Assembly: GCA_965222375.1 (NCBI GenBank)
Contig: CBDCTZ010000013.1
Coordinates: 192,001 to 256,000 of the forward strand
DNA length: 64,000 bases
Direction: 5' to 3'
Source of the DNA: Polyangiaceae bacterium
GTDB lineage: Bacteria; Myxococcota_A; Polyangia; Polyangiales; Polyangiaceae
The notes beneath the pieces are model-generated. The model searched no databases and had not been told where the DNA came from. It saw nothing but the letters and a program-made list of their open reading frames with translations. Each line of letters begins with the position of its first letter. Position 1 is the stretch's first letter. The position numbers and the translations under genes are program-made. Below, piece by piece: positions 11,167 to 22,531 of this stretch.

Positions 11167-11721
11167 CTACGCGCCGCTATCGCCGCCGGTGGCTAGGCGA
11201 AGGCTTCGCACTAATGCCTCGAGGCCCAACACGTAGGAGTCAGCGTGAAAGCCCGCAACTCGCCCAAGGCACGCAGGCGCGACAAGGGAGTGACGTCGGA
11301 ACTCCTCCCGGGCGTCGGGATTGGAAAGGTGAACTTCCACGGCAGGGAGCCCACAGCCTTTGACAGAGTCAAAAAGGGCGTAAGAGGTATGCGTCAGTGC
11401 ACCCGGGTTGATGACGATTCCGTTGAAGCGCTCGTCGGCCGCTGCGTTCATCCAATCGACCAACAGGCCCTCATGGTTGCTCTGCCGACACACCACTTCA
11501 ACGTCCAGTCCCCGCGCGGCCTCCGTCAGCCGCGCATGGATCTGTTTGAGGGTCGTAGTGCCGTAGATCTGCGGCTCACGCTTGCCGAGGCGGTCGAGAT
11601 TCGGACCGCTGAGCACCAGGATGCGGAGCAGCGCCGGGGACCGGCGCCGCCGGGGTGCCGTTGACCGCGGAGATCGGGCGCGAGGCCCCTTCGCGCCGCG
11701 ACGCGATCGGGCTTGCGCCAC
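11167..11721 (-). CDS. aroQ: Type II 3-dehydroquinate dehydratase
   Basis: GPNLDRLGKREPQIYG, QSNHEG, INPGALTHTS, EVHLSN, REEFRRHS; GTG 11721 just after the mglC stop. Confidence 0.93.
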   Translation of the reverse strand: MAQARSRRGAKGPRARSPRSTAPRRRRSPALLRILVLSGPNLDRLGKREPQIYGTTTLKQIHARLTEAARGLDVEVVCRQSNHEGLLVDWMNAAADERFNGIVINPGALTHTSYALFDSVKGCGLPAVEVHLSNPDAREEFRRHSLVAPACLGRVAGFHADSYVLGLEALVRSLRLATGGDSGA

Positions 11722-11725
11722 GCGC

Positions 11726-12085
11726 CTACGCGAGCTCCTCGTGCAGCTTGGGAGCGGCCACGCGCAACAAGAATCTGCCCTTCCCGAGGTTCCCATCCGG
11801 AGTGAGCGTCAGCGCGATGAAGTAGTTTTCGTTGATCACGCGAATCAGCGTAATCAGGCGCCCGCTCTTGAACGCGACCTCTTTGGTATCGCCCGCCTCC
11901 AGCATTTCCGTAGCTCGCTGGATGGCCTTGACGACCACGCTGACCTCGGCGCCGACGGCTTCGATATCGAAGCGAGAATCCTCCAGCGCGTAGCTCTCCA
12001 GGGGGATGCCTTCGAAATCCATGAGCAGGCTGGCAAGCCCGCCGTCGGTCCCATGGACCACCCCTTCGAGCGCTTGTTTGAACAT
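11726..12085 (-). CDS. mglC: Roadblock/LC7 protein, MglC-like
   Basis: 119 aa; MDFEGI and GNLGKGRFLLRVAAPKL resemble myxobacterial MglC as I recall it; upstream of aroQ-accB-accC. Confidence 0.75.
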   Translation of the reverse strand: MFKQALEGVVHGTDGGLASLLMDFEGIPLESYALEDSRFDIEAVGAEVSVVVKAIQRATEMLEAGDTKEVAFKSGRLITLIRVINENYFIALTLTPDGNLGKGRFLLRVAAPKLHEELA

Positions 12086-12357
12086 GGTCCAGAAGCCTAT
12101 CCCCTTTGTCCCGATCCGTGAACGTTTCTGCCAAGCGAGGCGCTGCTCGAATCATGCCCAAACCCCGCTTCGGAGGAGGCCGGCGCTCGGGCCGATCTTG
12201 ACAGCTCCAAGCTACAACAAGAATGTATGTAAATTCCAACACTTACAGACGGATACCCGAACACCCGTGCGGGGCCCTGGGAAATTGTTCAATCCATGGG
12301 TTGCACCCGGGCGGCGGTTGGGGGATGAGCTCCAAGGAGATCTGCCCTCAGACGTCC

Positions 12358-12387
12358 TTGACCCCCCTGACGTCGAGCGGCTACGTT
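12358..12387 (+). promoter_or_regulatory. Candidate sigma70-type promoter for the aconitase-like gene
   Basis: TTGACC-N18-TACGTT, about 100 nt upstream of ATG 12488. Confidence 0.35.
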
Positions 12388-12487
12388 CCCCTTCCCTGAG
12401 CCCGGGACACCAGGGTTCCATGACATCCCTTATCCAGAGAGAGCGTTAGCGATCATGCGTGCGCGCGCGGGAGATCCTCCCCGCACA

Positions 12488-14278
12488 ATGACTCAGAAGG
12501 TCCTCGCGGGCCGAGCGGACAACCCCGACCTCAAAGACGACGTCGTCCGCGTGAAAGTCGACCAGGTCATCTTGGCTCGCGAGCCGAATCGCGTCTTGGC
12601 GGAAGCCCTCGACTTCGGTCTGAAGAAATGCAGCATCGAAGCGGCTGTCGCCTACGATACTCGTTGTGTGACGGCCGAAAGTGAAGAGCCCAGCCTGGCG
12701 GCGCCAGAACGGGTCTCTCGCGCCGTCTTGCAGAATAACATCCTCATCGCTCGACCTGGAATCGGCTTTCCAGCGGCGGTGCATTTGGAGCGCTTCGGAA
12801 GCCCCGCGCGCCTGGCCATTACCGACGAGCCTCGATTGGCGTCCGTTGGCGGTGCAGGAATGCTCACGTTGGTTGCAGCCCCCTCACAGCTCGCCGAGGC
12901 GCTGACCCACGGCACAATCTGGTTGAGGCCTCCGCGCAGTGTTCAGGTGCTGCTCTCGGGACGTATCCGCCCCTTCGTGTGCGTTCGCGACGTCGCGCTC
13001 GAGCTCATTCGGCGCGGACTAGGGGACATCATCCGCAAAGTCGACAATGAGAATCAAGCGCCGGTGGTGATCGAATTTGCGGGACCGAGCGCGCGCCTGC
13101 TCTCGGTGCCGGACCGAGCCGTGCTGTGCGCCCTCGCTCCGCAGCTGGGCGCGAGCGCCGCGCTCTTCGTCAGTGATGAAAAAACCGAGGTGTACCTGCG
13201 TGACCAGCGGCGCAGCAAAGCCCATCGCAGCCTGCTGCCGGACCCCGGTGCTCCCTGCGACGACGTGATCAGCGTGGATTTGAGTGCGGTAGACCCGCTG
13301 GTGATGGACGAATCCGGCGACGTGCGTCAGGTCCGGGAAGTTGCCGGTAAGCCCGTATTCCAGGTGGTCCTAGGAGGAGATTCCGGCGCCTCCCTACGAG
13401 ACTTGCTCGCCGCAGCGGCCCTGCTGAAGAGCAAGCGCGTACCACCGCGTTTGGACTTCCTACTCGCCCCGCCCTCCCGCCAAGCCCTGGAGGTTCTGGC
13501 GAACTCCGGTGCGTTGGTCGATTTGATCGCAACGGGGGCACGACTGATCGAACCGGATCACCGCCTGGTCACCGGTGAGCTGTACCCGCCCCCCAAGGCA
13601 GACGGAGTCTCCCTTCGCACCTTCGATCCCGAACCGGGAGCGCCGTCAGATCGTCGCTTCATCGTGGCTTCCGCCGAGACCATCGCTTACGCCGTCGCAT
13701 CCGGCCAGCTCGGAGACCCGCGCAGCTTCAAACGCCCCGTGCGTGTCACAGTCCCGCGAACCTTGCCCACAGACGACGTCCTAATCTTGAGAAAGGGCAA
13801 AGGAAAGGCGAAGGACGGTTTGGAGGGCGCGAAAGCCCCACCTGCGAAGCAACCTAAACCAGCAGGCTGGGCCAAGTCGGAAACCCTTCCGGTCGTCGAG
13901 TCAACCATTGTTCCCGCCGAACCAAGCGTCATGGTGCTCCGGTCTCTCGACTCCGTGCGCTGGGCTGCGCGCCACGCCGCGAGTTTGGGCGACAACCTAC
14001 GCGCCGTCGTGGCAGAGTACATTCCAAGCGGCGTGATCCCGCTCTTCGCCGGGCTCGGAGTGCTCGCTTTGACGACGGACGAATCCAGCCTTGGCAAGAT
14101 CGCAAGCGAGGGAAGCCTAACGCTGCCGGCTGCCGACCATTGGAACGGAATCGAACCCGCCCAGGCCGCCACTGGGAAGTCGGAGGTCAGCCTCCGCTGG
14201 GAAGCCTTGGACGCTGAACGCAAGTGGACGGTCGCCGGCACCGCCCGCACAGCCCCCGCGCTTAAATCCAAGAGCTGA
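12488..14278 (+). CDS. Aconitase-family protein lacking Fe-S and catalytic residues
   Basis: Collinear with aconitase/LeuC (VHLERFG, LSVPDRA, GALVDLIATGAR, GVSLRTF, DPR) but DSH, GSCTN and CxxC motifs replaced; alternative start 12455. Confidence 0.85.
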   Translation: MTQKVLAGRADNPDLKDDVVRVKVDQVILAREPNRVLAEALDFGLKKCSIEAAVAYDTRCVTAESEEPSLAAPERVSRAVLQNNILIARPGIGFPAAVHLERFGSPARLAITDEPRLASVGGAGMLTLVAAPSQLAEALTHGTIWLRPPRSVQVLLSGRIRPFVCVRDVALELIRRGLGDIIRKVDNENQAPVVIEFAGPSARLLSVPDRAVLCALAPQLGASAALFVSDEKTEVYLRDQRRSKAHRSLLPDPGAPCDDVISVDLSAVDPLVMDESGDVRQVREVAGKPVFQVVLGGDSGASLRDLLAAAALLKSKRVPPRLDFLLAPPSRQALEVLANSGALVDLIATGARLIEPDHRLVTGELYPPPKADGVSLRTFDPEPGAPSDRRFIVASAETIAYAVASGQLGDPRSFKRPVRVTVPRTLPTDDVLILRKGKGKAKDGLEGAKAPPAKQPKPAGWAKSETLPVVESTIVPAEPSVMVLRSLDSVRWAARHAASLGDNLRAVVAEYIPSGVIPLFAGLGVLALTTDESSLGKIASEGSLTLPAADHWNGIEPAQAATGKSEVSLRWEALDAERKWTVAGTARTAPALKSKS

Positions 14279-14342
14279 TGGATCTTAGCGGCTCCGGCCG
14301 CCGAGTGGAATTCACCGCCCGGGACGCTTATGCTGTGTGACC

Positions 14343-15083
14343 ATGAAACGAGGGTGCCTGCTAGTCGCGTTGCTGCTGACTTCGCCGCTCCACGCGGCGG
14401 AACCTGACGCCGCTGAATCCACTGCCGAAGGTTCCCTACCTGCGACCAGTGAAGCAGCGGAAACGAATTCGGATGCGCCGGCCACGCCGCCGAGCCCTCC
14501 CGACGAGGATGGCCCGGGCGAAGGCGACCGCACCTACTCTCACGCGTCTCAATTCGGCCTTCGAGTCAACGTCGTCGGCGGCTACCGCATGATCTTCCGC
14601 TACGATTCCTCACCGTTTTGCAGCGAACCCGACCCGGCCAAAGCGGCGAAAGACCAGCAGAAGTTTTGCGGTCACGTCGCGCCTGTTGGTCTCGACATCG
14701 CGCTTTCCTTCGCGCCCATTGGCGGAGTGGAGCCCTACGTCTGGGCGCGCTTCGGGTTGGATGGCGAACCCGAAACCAACACCAAAGAAGTGTTCATCTT
14801 GGGTGCAGGCGCGCGTCTGTACACGATGAGCGACAGCGCGTTCAAGGTCTTCATCGAGCCCGCGCTCGGCGCCGAGCTCGAAGGTGGCGCCGGCAACCCC
14901 CTCTGGGAACAAAACAACCCGGAGTACAAGAAGGACATCGTTTTTCACGTGGGCGCAGGGCCGCAATATGACGTCGCCCGCGCGGTCGGCATATACGCCA
15001 GTGCAGGCATCACGACGGGCGTGTTGCGCAGCATCCATTCCAACCTCGAGCTGTCTCTCGGCGTGCAGGGGCGCGTACCATGA
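14343..15083 (+). CDS. Secreted or outer-membrane beta-barrel-like hypothetical protein
   Basis: Signal peptide, Pro/acidic linker, alternating hydrophobic strands ending [12 protein letters not shown]. Confidence 0.65.
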   Translation: MKRGCLLVALLLTSPLHAAEPDAAESTAEGSLPATSEAAETNSDAPATPPSPPDEDGPGEGDRTYSHASQFGLRVNVVGGYRMIFRYDSSPFCSEPDPAKAAKDQQKFCGHVAPVGLDIALSFAPIGGVEPYVWARFGLDGEPETNTKEVFILGAGARLYTMSDSAFKVFIEPALGAELEGGAGNPLWEQNNPEYKKDIVFHVGAGPQYDVARAVGIYASAGITTGVLRSIHSNLELSLGVQGRVP

Positions 15084-15571
15084 GCGGCGCAGGGCGGCCC
15101 TTTCGGGTTCTCGGACTGCAGCAAGTGGCCCTGGGCCATGCCAGCAAGTCCGAGCTTTCCAAGCTATGGATCGACCTGCTCGGCGCCGCGAAAGTCTCGG
15201 AATTCCGCAGCGAGCGCGAGAATGTCGACGAAGACGTCACCGTGCTCGGAGTGGGAACGGCGCAGGTTGAAATCGACCTGATGCAGCCCCTGGATCCAGA
15301 CAAGAAACCCCGCGTCCACGAACCACCTCTGAATCACATCGGCCTGTGGGTGGACGACCTGCCGCAGGCGGTCTCTTGGTTGGAAAGCCGGGGCGTGCGC
15401 TTCGCACCAGGCGGGATCCGGTCGGGAGCATCGGGACACGACATCTGCTTCATCCACCCGAAGTCGAACAACGCCTTTCCCCTGTCTGGTTTTGGCGTGT
15501 TGATCGAGTTGGTGCAGGCACCGGCGGACGTCATTGCCGCCTTTGACCGCGAAGCTCAATCGCCGGGCTGA
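15080..15571 (+). CDS. VOC/glyoxalase-family protein, probable methylmalonyl-CoA epimerase
   Basis: [38 protein letters not shown]; lies near the mutase gene. Confidence 0.75.
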   Translation: MSGAGRPFRVLGLQQVALGHASKSELSKLWIDLLGAAKVSEFRSERENVDEDVTVLGVGTAQVEIDLMQPLDPDKKPRVHEPPLNHIGLWVDDLPQAVSWLESRGVRFAPGGIRSGASGHDICFIHPKSNNAFPLSGFGVLIELVQAPADVIAAFDREAQSPG

Positions 15572-16089
15572 AGTCGGCTCAACGCTTCCAAGACATCTTC
15601 AATCTCGGCGTGATCTCCGGCGGCCGTAGACACGTGCAAGAAGACAAGTTCGCCGGCGGCATCAAAGACCACGGTGCCACCCTGCTGCCATGGATCGCCC
15701 TGCCGACGTTTCTGCCGGAACCCTGACCGGTATGCGCGCCAGGCGTTGCGCACGGTCGCGAGGTTGAAGGTGTGCCCCAAACCGTGATTCATGCCTAGCG
15801 CCCGGTAGGTGTGACGCGACGGATCCGTGAACACCTTGTCGGAGAGGCCTGTATCTTCTTGAAAGCGCTGCGCGTGCGCTGGAGCTCCATTGCCGATAAT
15901 TGCGAGGCGCCCGCCCCGCGACGTGATCTCCGCCTCTGCGTCGCGCAACTGCGCGACCTGCTCTTGGCAGAAGAGTCACCCAAAGTGCCGAACGAAACCA
16001 ATCACGATGGGCCCTTCCACCCACAGACGCTCCATGGCCACGGGCCTGCCCTCGGGCGAAAGCAGCTCCAAATCTCCGACCTCATGCAT
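15556..16089 (-). CDS. Peroxiredoxin-like (AhpC/TSA-like, SelL-related) selenoprotein with UxxC motif, 177 aa
   Basis: From ATG 16089: [14 protein letters not shown]...[23 protein letters not shown], in frame with the 130-aa ORF ([22 protein letters not shown]); TGA at 15978-15976 is codon 38. Confidence 0.85.
15933..15975 (-). promoter_or_regulatory. Bacterial SECIS-like hairpin
   Basis: CUUCUGC/GCAGAGG lower stem, GUCGCGC/GCGCGAC upper stem, AGUU loop starting 25 nt after the UGA. Confidence 0.7.
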
Positions 16090-16167
16090 GCTCCCTAGAT
16101 AGGGGCATTTGTCGGCAAGCGGAAGTGGGTGTGGCGTCCACGCGCACATCTCGTTATCACTCGGCGC

Positions 16168-16962
16168 GTGTGGAGTTTGGAGCGAGCCGGCGAAGGCAAG
16201 ACGCTATTTGGTATGGTTCATCTTCTGCCGCTGCCGGGAAGCCCGAATGCAACCAGCCTCTCAGAGGTGGTAAGCCGCGCTCGCAGCGATGCGGAGACTC
16301 TTCTGAGCGCCGGCTTCGCTGGTCTCGTGATCGAAAACTTCGGCGACGCCCCGTTTTATGCTCGGCAGGTGCCGCCGACTACGGTCGCGTGCATGACTGC
16401 GGTGGCCACCGAGCTGCGCCGCGTATTTCCAGATGCTGTTTTGGGCATCAACGTGCTTCGCAATGACGCCTCTGCCGCCTTGGCCGTCGCGGCCGCCGCC
16501 GCCGCAGACTTCATCCGCGTCAACGTGCACTGCGGCGTCGCCTACACGGATCAGGGACTCGTAGAAGGCAACGCCCACGAGACCTTGAGGCTGCGTGCCA
16601 GCCTCGACGCTCGCGTGCTCATTGCTGCGGACGTGGGTGTCAAACACGCTCTGTTCCCGCCTGGCTTCGACCTGGTCCAGAGCGCCCGGGACACCGCTTA
16701 TCGTGGGCTTGCAGACGCGCTGATCGTCACCGGATGCTCCACGGGAGCGGCAGCGGACCCCGCAGCGTTGGAGGCGGTGCGTAAAGCCGTTCCAGATCGT
16801 GCCCTGTGGATTGGCAGCGGGCTCACCGAAAATACTGCGCAAGCGCTTCTAGCCCGAGCGGACGGCGCCATCGTAGGCACGGCTGTGAAGGAAAACGGCG
16901 ACGTGCTCGCGGCTGTGGACGCAGCCCGTGCGCGCGAATTTGTCGCTGCCGCGCGAGATTAA
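16168..16962 (+). CDS. BtpA/SgcQ family TIM-barrel protein
   Basis: [49 protein letters not shown]. Confidence 0.92.
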   Translation: MWSLERAGEGKTLFGMVHLLPLPGSPNATSLSEVVSRARSDAETLLSAGFAGLVIENFGDAPFYARQVPPTTVACMTAVATELRRVFPDAVLGINVLRNDASAALAVAAAAAADFIRVNVHCGVAYTDQGLVEGNAHETLRLRASLDARVLIAADVGVKHALFPPGFDLVQSARDTAYRGLADALIVTGCSTGAAADPAALEAVRKAVPDRALWIGSGLTENTAQALLARADGAIVGTAVKENGDVLAAVDAARAREFVAAARD

Positions 16963-17038
16963 GGCCACTTCGATTCAAAGCCTCATATTTGCTACAACCC
17001 GGTTGCACCGTCTCGAAACCGGTGCGGGAGCGAAAACT

Positions 17039-19186
<2,148 letters not shown>

Positions 19187-19195
19187 AAACCTCCC

Positions 19196-20194
19196 ATGGT
19201 GATCGACGAATACTCGGATCTGGACGCCCTGGCTCAAGGGGTGTTGGACAAGAAGCGTCGCAGCCTGGCCAAAGCCATCACTCTCGTCGAAAGCCAACGC
19301 GCCGATCACGAGGTACTGGCAGAAGAGCTCGTTGCGCGCCTGCTTCGTCATGCCGGGGGCGCGCGAAGGGTGGGCGTCAGCGGCGTGCCGGGGGCGGGCA
19401 AGAGCACATTCCTCGAAGCGTTGGGATTGAAGCTCGTTGACGACGGCTTCAGCGTAGCAATCTTGGCGGTGGACCCCTCCAGCCGGGTCTCCGGCGGGAG
19501 CATTCTGGGCGACAAGACTCGAATGCCGCGTCTTGCAGCCAAACCGGAGTGCTTCATTCGCCCAAGCCCTACCTCGGGTACTCTCGGGGGCGTCGCTCGC
19601 AGAACCCGAGAAGCCATGTTGCTTTGCGAGGCGGCTGGTTTCGATGTGGTTCTCGTCGAGACCGTTGGTGTTGGCCAAAGCGAACACGCAGTGTTCGGGC
19701 TGGTGGATAGCTTTCTACTACTGACTCTGGCCGGCGCAGGTGACGAACTCCAAGGGATCAAGCGTGGCATCTTGGAATTGGTGAACGTGGTCTGCGTCAA
19801 CAAGGCCGACGGAGATAATGCGGCGCGGGCACAGCGCGCTGCGGTGGAGATGAAGAGTGCGCTTCGGCTGCTGCGCAGCGCCGACTGCCCTGAAGTGATT
19901 CCCACCAGCGCACTGACCGGTGACGGGATCGGACAAGCCTGGTCAGCGTTGGAAGCACATCGAAGAACCCTGGAGAGTTCCGGGCAGCTCGCCGCTCGCC
20001 GGGCCAAGCAAGACAGTGAGTGGCTTCGGATCTTGATTCGCGAGGGCCTGGAGCGGGCGCTGCAAGACCACCCCCGGGCCGCCAGCATTCAGGCTGAAGT
20101 CAGCGCAGCGGTGGAAGCCGGCCGCCTGAGCCCTGGCCGCGCCGCTCGCCAAGTCTTGGAGGAGTTATTTAAGTCGCCCCCGCAGCGCGCCTGA
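19196..20194 (+). CDS. meaB: Methylmalonyl-CoA mutase-associated GTPase MeaB (paralog 2)
   Basis: GVPGAGKST, DPSSRVSGGSILGDKTRM, GDELQGIKRG, NKAD; follows the mutase. Confidence 0.95.
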   Translation: MVIDEYSDLDALAQGVLDKKRRSLAKAITLVESQRADHEVLAEELVARLLRHAGGARRVGVSGVPGAGKSTFLEALGLKLVDDGFSVAILAVDPSSRVSGGSILGDKTRMPRLAAKPECFIRPSPTSGTLGGVARRTREAMLLCEAAGFDVVLVETVGVGQSEHAVFGLVDSFLLLTLAGAGDELQGIKRGILELVNVVCVNKADGDNAARAQRAAVEMKSALRLLRSADCPEVIPTSALTGDGIGQAWSALEAHRRTLESSGQLAARRAKQDSEWLRILIREGLERALQDHPRAASIQAEVSAAVEAGRLSPGRAARQVLEELFKSPPQRA

Positions 20195-20399
20195 ACGCGG
20201 CGCGCCCTCGAGACAGGTCAAACTGACGTCGGGAGGTCTGCGGTGCGGATGGAAGTCGCAAACGCCGTAGTCAGAGGCGCCGCCCGTGACGACCCTATCG
20301 ATTCTGCCGTCGAAGGTCTCCGACCGGCGGGTTGAAGTGTACGCCAACGCCGTGCCCCGGTTCTTAACTTGCAGCGATTGGCCTCGAGGGCTCGAGCCT

Positions 20400-22304
20400 T
20401 CAAACGTCTAGGCCCTGAGCCTCTTCAGCGCGGTCCATGATGAAGTGAAACCGCGCAGACGGGTCCTTGCCCATCAGTTCGCTCACGATTCGGTCGGTTT
20501 CCAGGGCGTCCTCGATGTTGACCCGGACCAGTGTACGCGTCGCCGGATTGAGTGTGGTGTCCCAAAGCACCTTGGGCATCATCTCTCCCAGGCCTTTGAA
20601 ACGAGTGATCTCGGCTTTCGCGCTGGCCTTGACCTTCGACGCGAGAATGCGCTCCTTGTCCTCGTCGTCCTTGGCCCAAAACGTATCGCTTCCAGCATCG
20701 ATGCGATACAGAGGCGGAACCGCAACGAAGAGCTTGCCTTGCCTGATCAGCTCCGGCAGGTGTCGATAGAAAAACGTGAGCAGCAGCGTGGTGATGTGGT
20801 TGCCGTCACTATCCGCGTCTGCCAACAACACGATGCGATCGTAGCGCAGCTTGGCCATGTCCAGCACTGGCCCCACCCCACAGCCCAGAGCGGTGACCAG
20901 ATCGGCGATTTCCTTGTTCTCCAGCACCTTCGCCAGACCCAGGCTCTCGGTGTTCAACACCTTGCCCCGCAGGGGCAGCACAGCCTGACGGTTCCGATCC
21001 CGCCCTTGTTTGGCGCTGCCCCCGGCGGAGTCTCCCTCGACGATGAATAGCTCCGTGTCCCGCCGATCTGTGTTGATGCAATCACTGAGCTTGCCAGGCA
21101 GGGTCAGCTTGCCAGTCGTGGCGGTCCGCCGAGTGATGGCGGCGCTGGCCGCCCTAGATGCTTCCCGTGCCCGAGCCGCCAGAATGATCCGATGAACCAC
21201 TTGTTCGGCAACGCTGCGGTTCTCGTTCAGCCACTGCTCCAGGACGGGACGCACCGCACCGTCAACGGCTGCCTGGGCCTCAGGGTTGTTCAGCCGGTCC
21301 TTGGTCTGACCTTGGAATTGCGGCTCACCGAGGAACACGCTCAGCACGCCGACTAGACCTTCGCGAATGTCGTCGGCGCTCAGATTGACACCGCGAGGTG
21401 TGAGGTTGTGAGTGTCGATGTAGTTGCGCACCGCCTTGACCAGCCCCGCGCGCAAACCATTCTCGTGCGTCCCGCCGCTGCCCGTCGGGATGCCGTTGAC
21501 GAAGCTCCGCACGTGTTCGTCCGTTGCTTCGGTCCAGCGCAACACCACTTCGACGCGCATGCCGTTGTCCCGAAATAGCGAGAAGGTCGTGTCATGCACG
21601 CTGCGCGCTTTGCGGTCCTTCAAGATCTTGTCGAGATACTCGACGATGCCCTTCTCGTGGCAGAAGACCGACTTTTCACGCTGCGCTTCGTCAATGAAGA
21701 CGACCTTCATGCCGCGATGCAGGAAGCTGGCTACTTCGAGCCGCTCGCGAATCATGTCGGCGGAAAACACGGTCTTGGGGAAGACCTCGGGATCCGGTCG
21801 AAAGAACACCGTGGTGCCCGTACCCCGGGCCTTGCCCAGCTTCTTCAGCTTGCCGATGGCTTTACCCGCGGAGAAGCGCATTTGGTACTCGGACCCGCCA
21901 CGTTTGACGTTCGCGACCAACTCGCTGGAAAGCGCATTCACGACGCTCGCGCCGACACCGTGCAGACCGCCGGCAGTCTTGTAGTTACCTGGCTCGAACT
22001 TCCCACCCGCGTGAAGGGTCGAAAAGATGATCTCGAGGGCGGGCTTCTTGTGCTTGCGATGCATGTCCACGGGAATGCCACGCCCGTTGTCGCTGACGCT
22101 GACGGATTGGCCATCCTTGTGCAGAGTCACGCAGACCTCGGAGGCGTGGCCATCCATCGCCTCGTCCACGCAGTTGTCCACGATCTCCCAGACCAAGTGA
22201 TGCAACCCCGCGGCACCAACGCCGCCGATGTACATGCCAGGTCGCTTGCGAACGGGTTCGAGGCCTTCGAGGACGGTGATGTCTTCCGCGGAGTATCGGG
22301 TCAT
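20400..22304 (-). CDS. parE: Type IIA topoisomerase subunit B (topoisomerase IV ParE-like)
   Basis: EGLEPVRKRPGMYIG, EIVDN, GGLHGVG, VEGDSAGGS, PLRGK, DADSDG, RFKGLGEM; 634 aa. Confidence 0.8.
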   Translation of the reverse strand: MTRYSAEDITVLEGLEPVRKRPGMYIGGVGAAGLHHLVWEIVDNCVDEAMDGHASEVCVTLHKDGQSVSVSDNGRGIPVDMHRKHKKPALEIIFSTLHAGGKFEPGNYKTAGGLHGVGASVVNALSSELVANVKRGGSEYQMRFSAGKAIGKLKKLGKARGTGTTVFFRPDPEVFPKTVFSADMIRERLEVASFLHRGMKVVFIDEAQREKSVFCHEKGIVEYLDKILKDRKARSVHDTTFSLFRDNGMRVEVVLRWTEATDEHVRSFVNGIPTGSGGTHENGLRAGLVKAVRNYIDTHNLTPRGVNLSADDIREGLVGVLSVFLGEPQFQGQTKDRLNNPEAQAAVDGAVRPVLEQWLNENRSVAEQVVHRIILAARAREASRAASAAITRRTATTGKLTLPGKLSDCINTDRRDTELFIVEGDSAGGSAKQGRDRNRQAVLPLRGKVLNTESLGLAKVLENKEIADLVTALGCGVGPVLDMAKLRYDRIVLLADADSDGNHITTLLLTFFYRHLPELIRQGKLFVAVPPLYRIDAGSDTFWAKDDEDKERILASKVKASAKAEITRFKGLGEMMPKVLWDTTLNPATRTLVRVNIEDALETDRIVSELMGKDPSARFHFIMDRAEEAQGLDV

Positions 22305-22531
22305 GGCTGGGGCGGGCTTTTTCGGAGGGAGCTAAGCGCGCCGGGGGTGGCGCGGCCGGAACCTGCCACAATTGCGCGAACTTTCGCCACTTTGGCTCCG
22401 GCTCTGGCTCCCAGGTCGTGGAAATGGTTCAGCTTTGCCAAACCGGCCCGGTTTGTGGTCCGACCGCAGTGGAACTAAGAATTGATATGCATCCCAGCGG
22501 ATGCACTGCCCGTTTTTCGACTGCGGTTTTC

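Noticed and set aside
12429..12445. CTTATCCAGAGAG resembling the 5' end of a SAM-I riboswitch
   Set aside because: No kink-turn, GCAACC, GTGC or closing GATAA/GATGA elements follow
20216..20337. attC-like reading of the intergenic hairpin (AAC...GTT ends)
   Set aside because: R boxes, spacer lengths and the extrahelical base deviate from consensus; no integrase or cassette array
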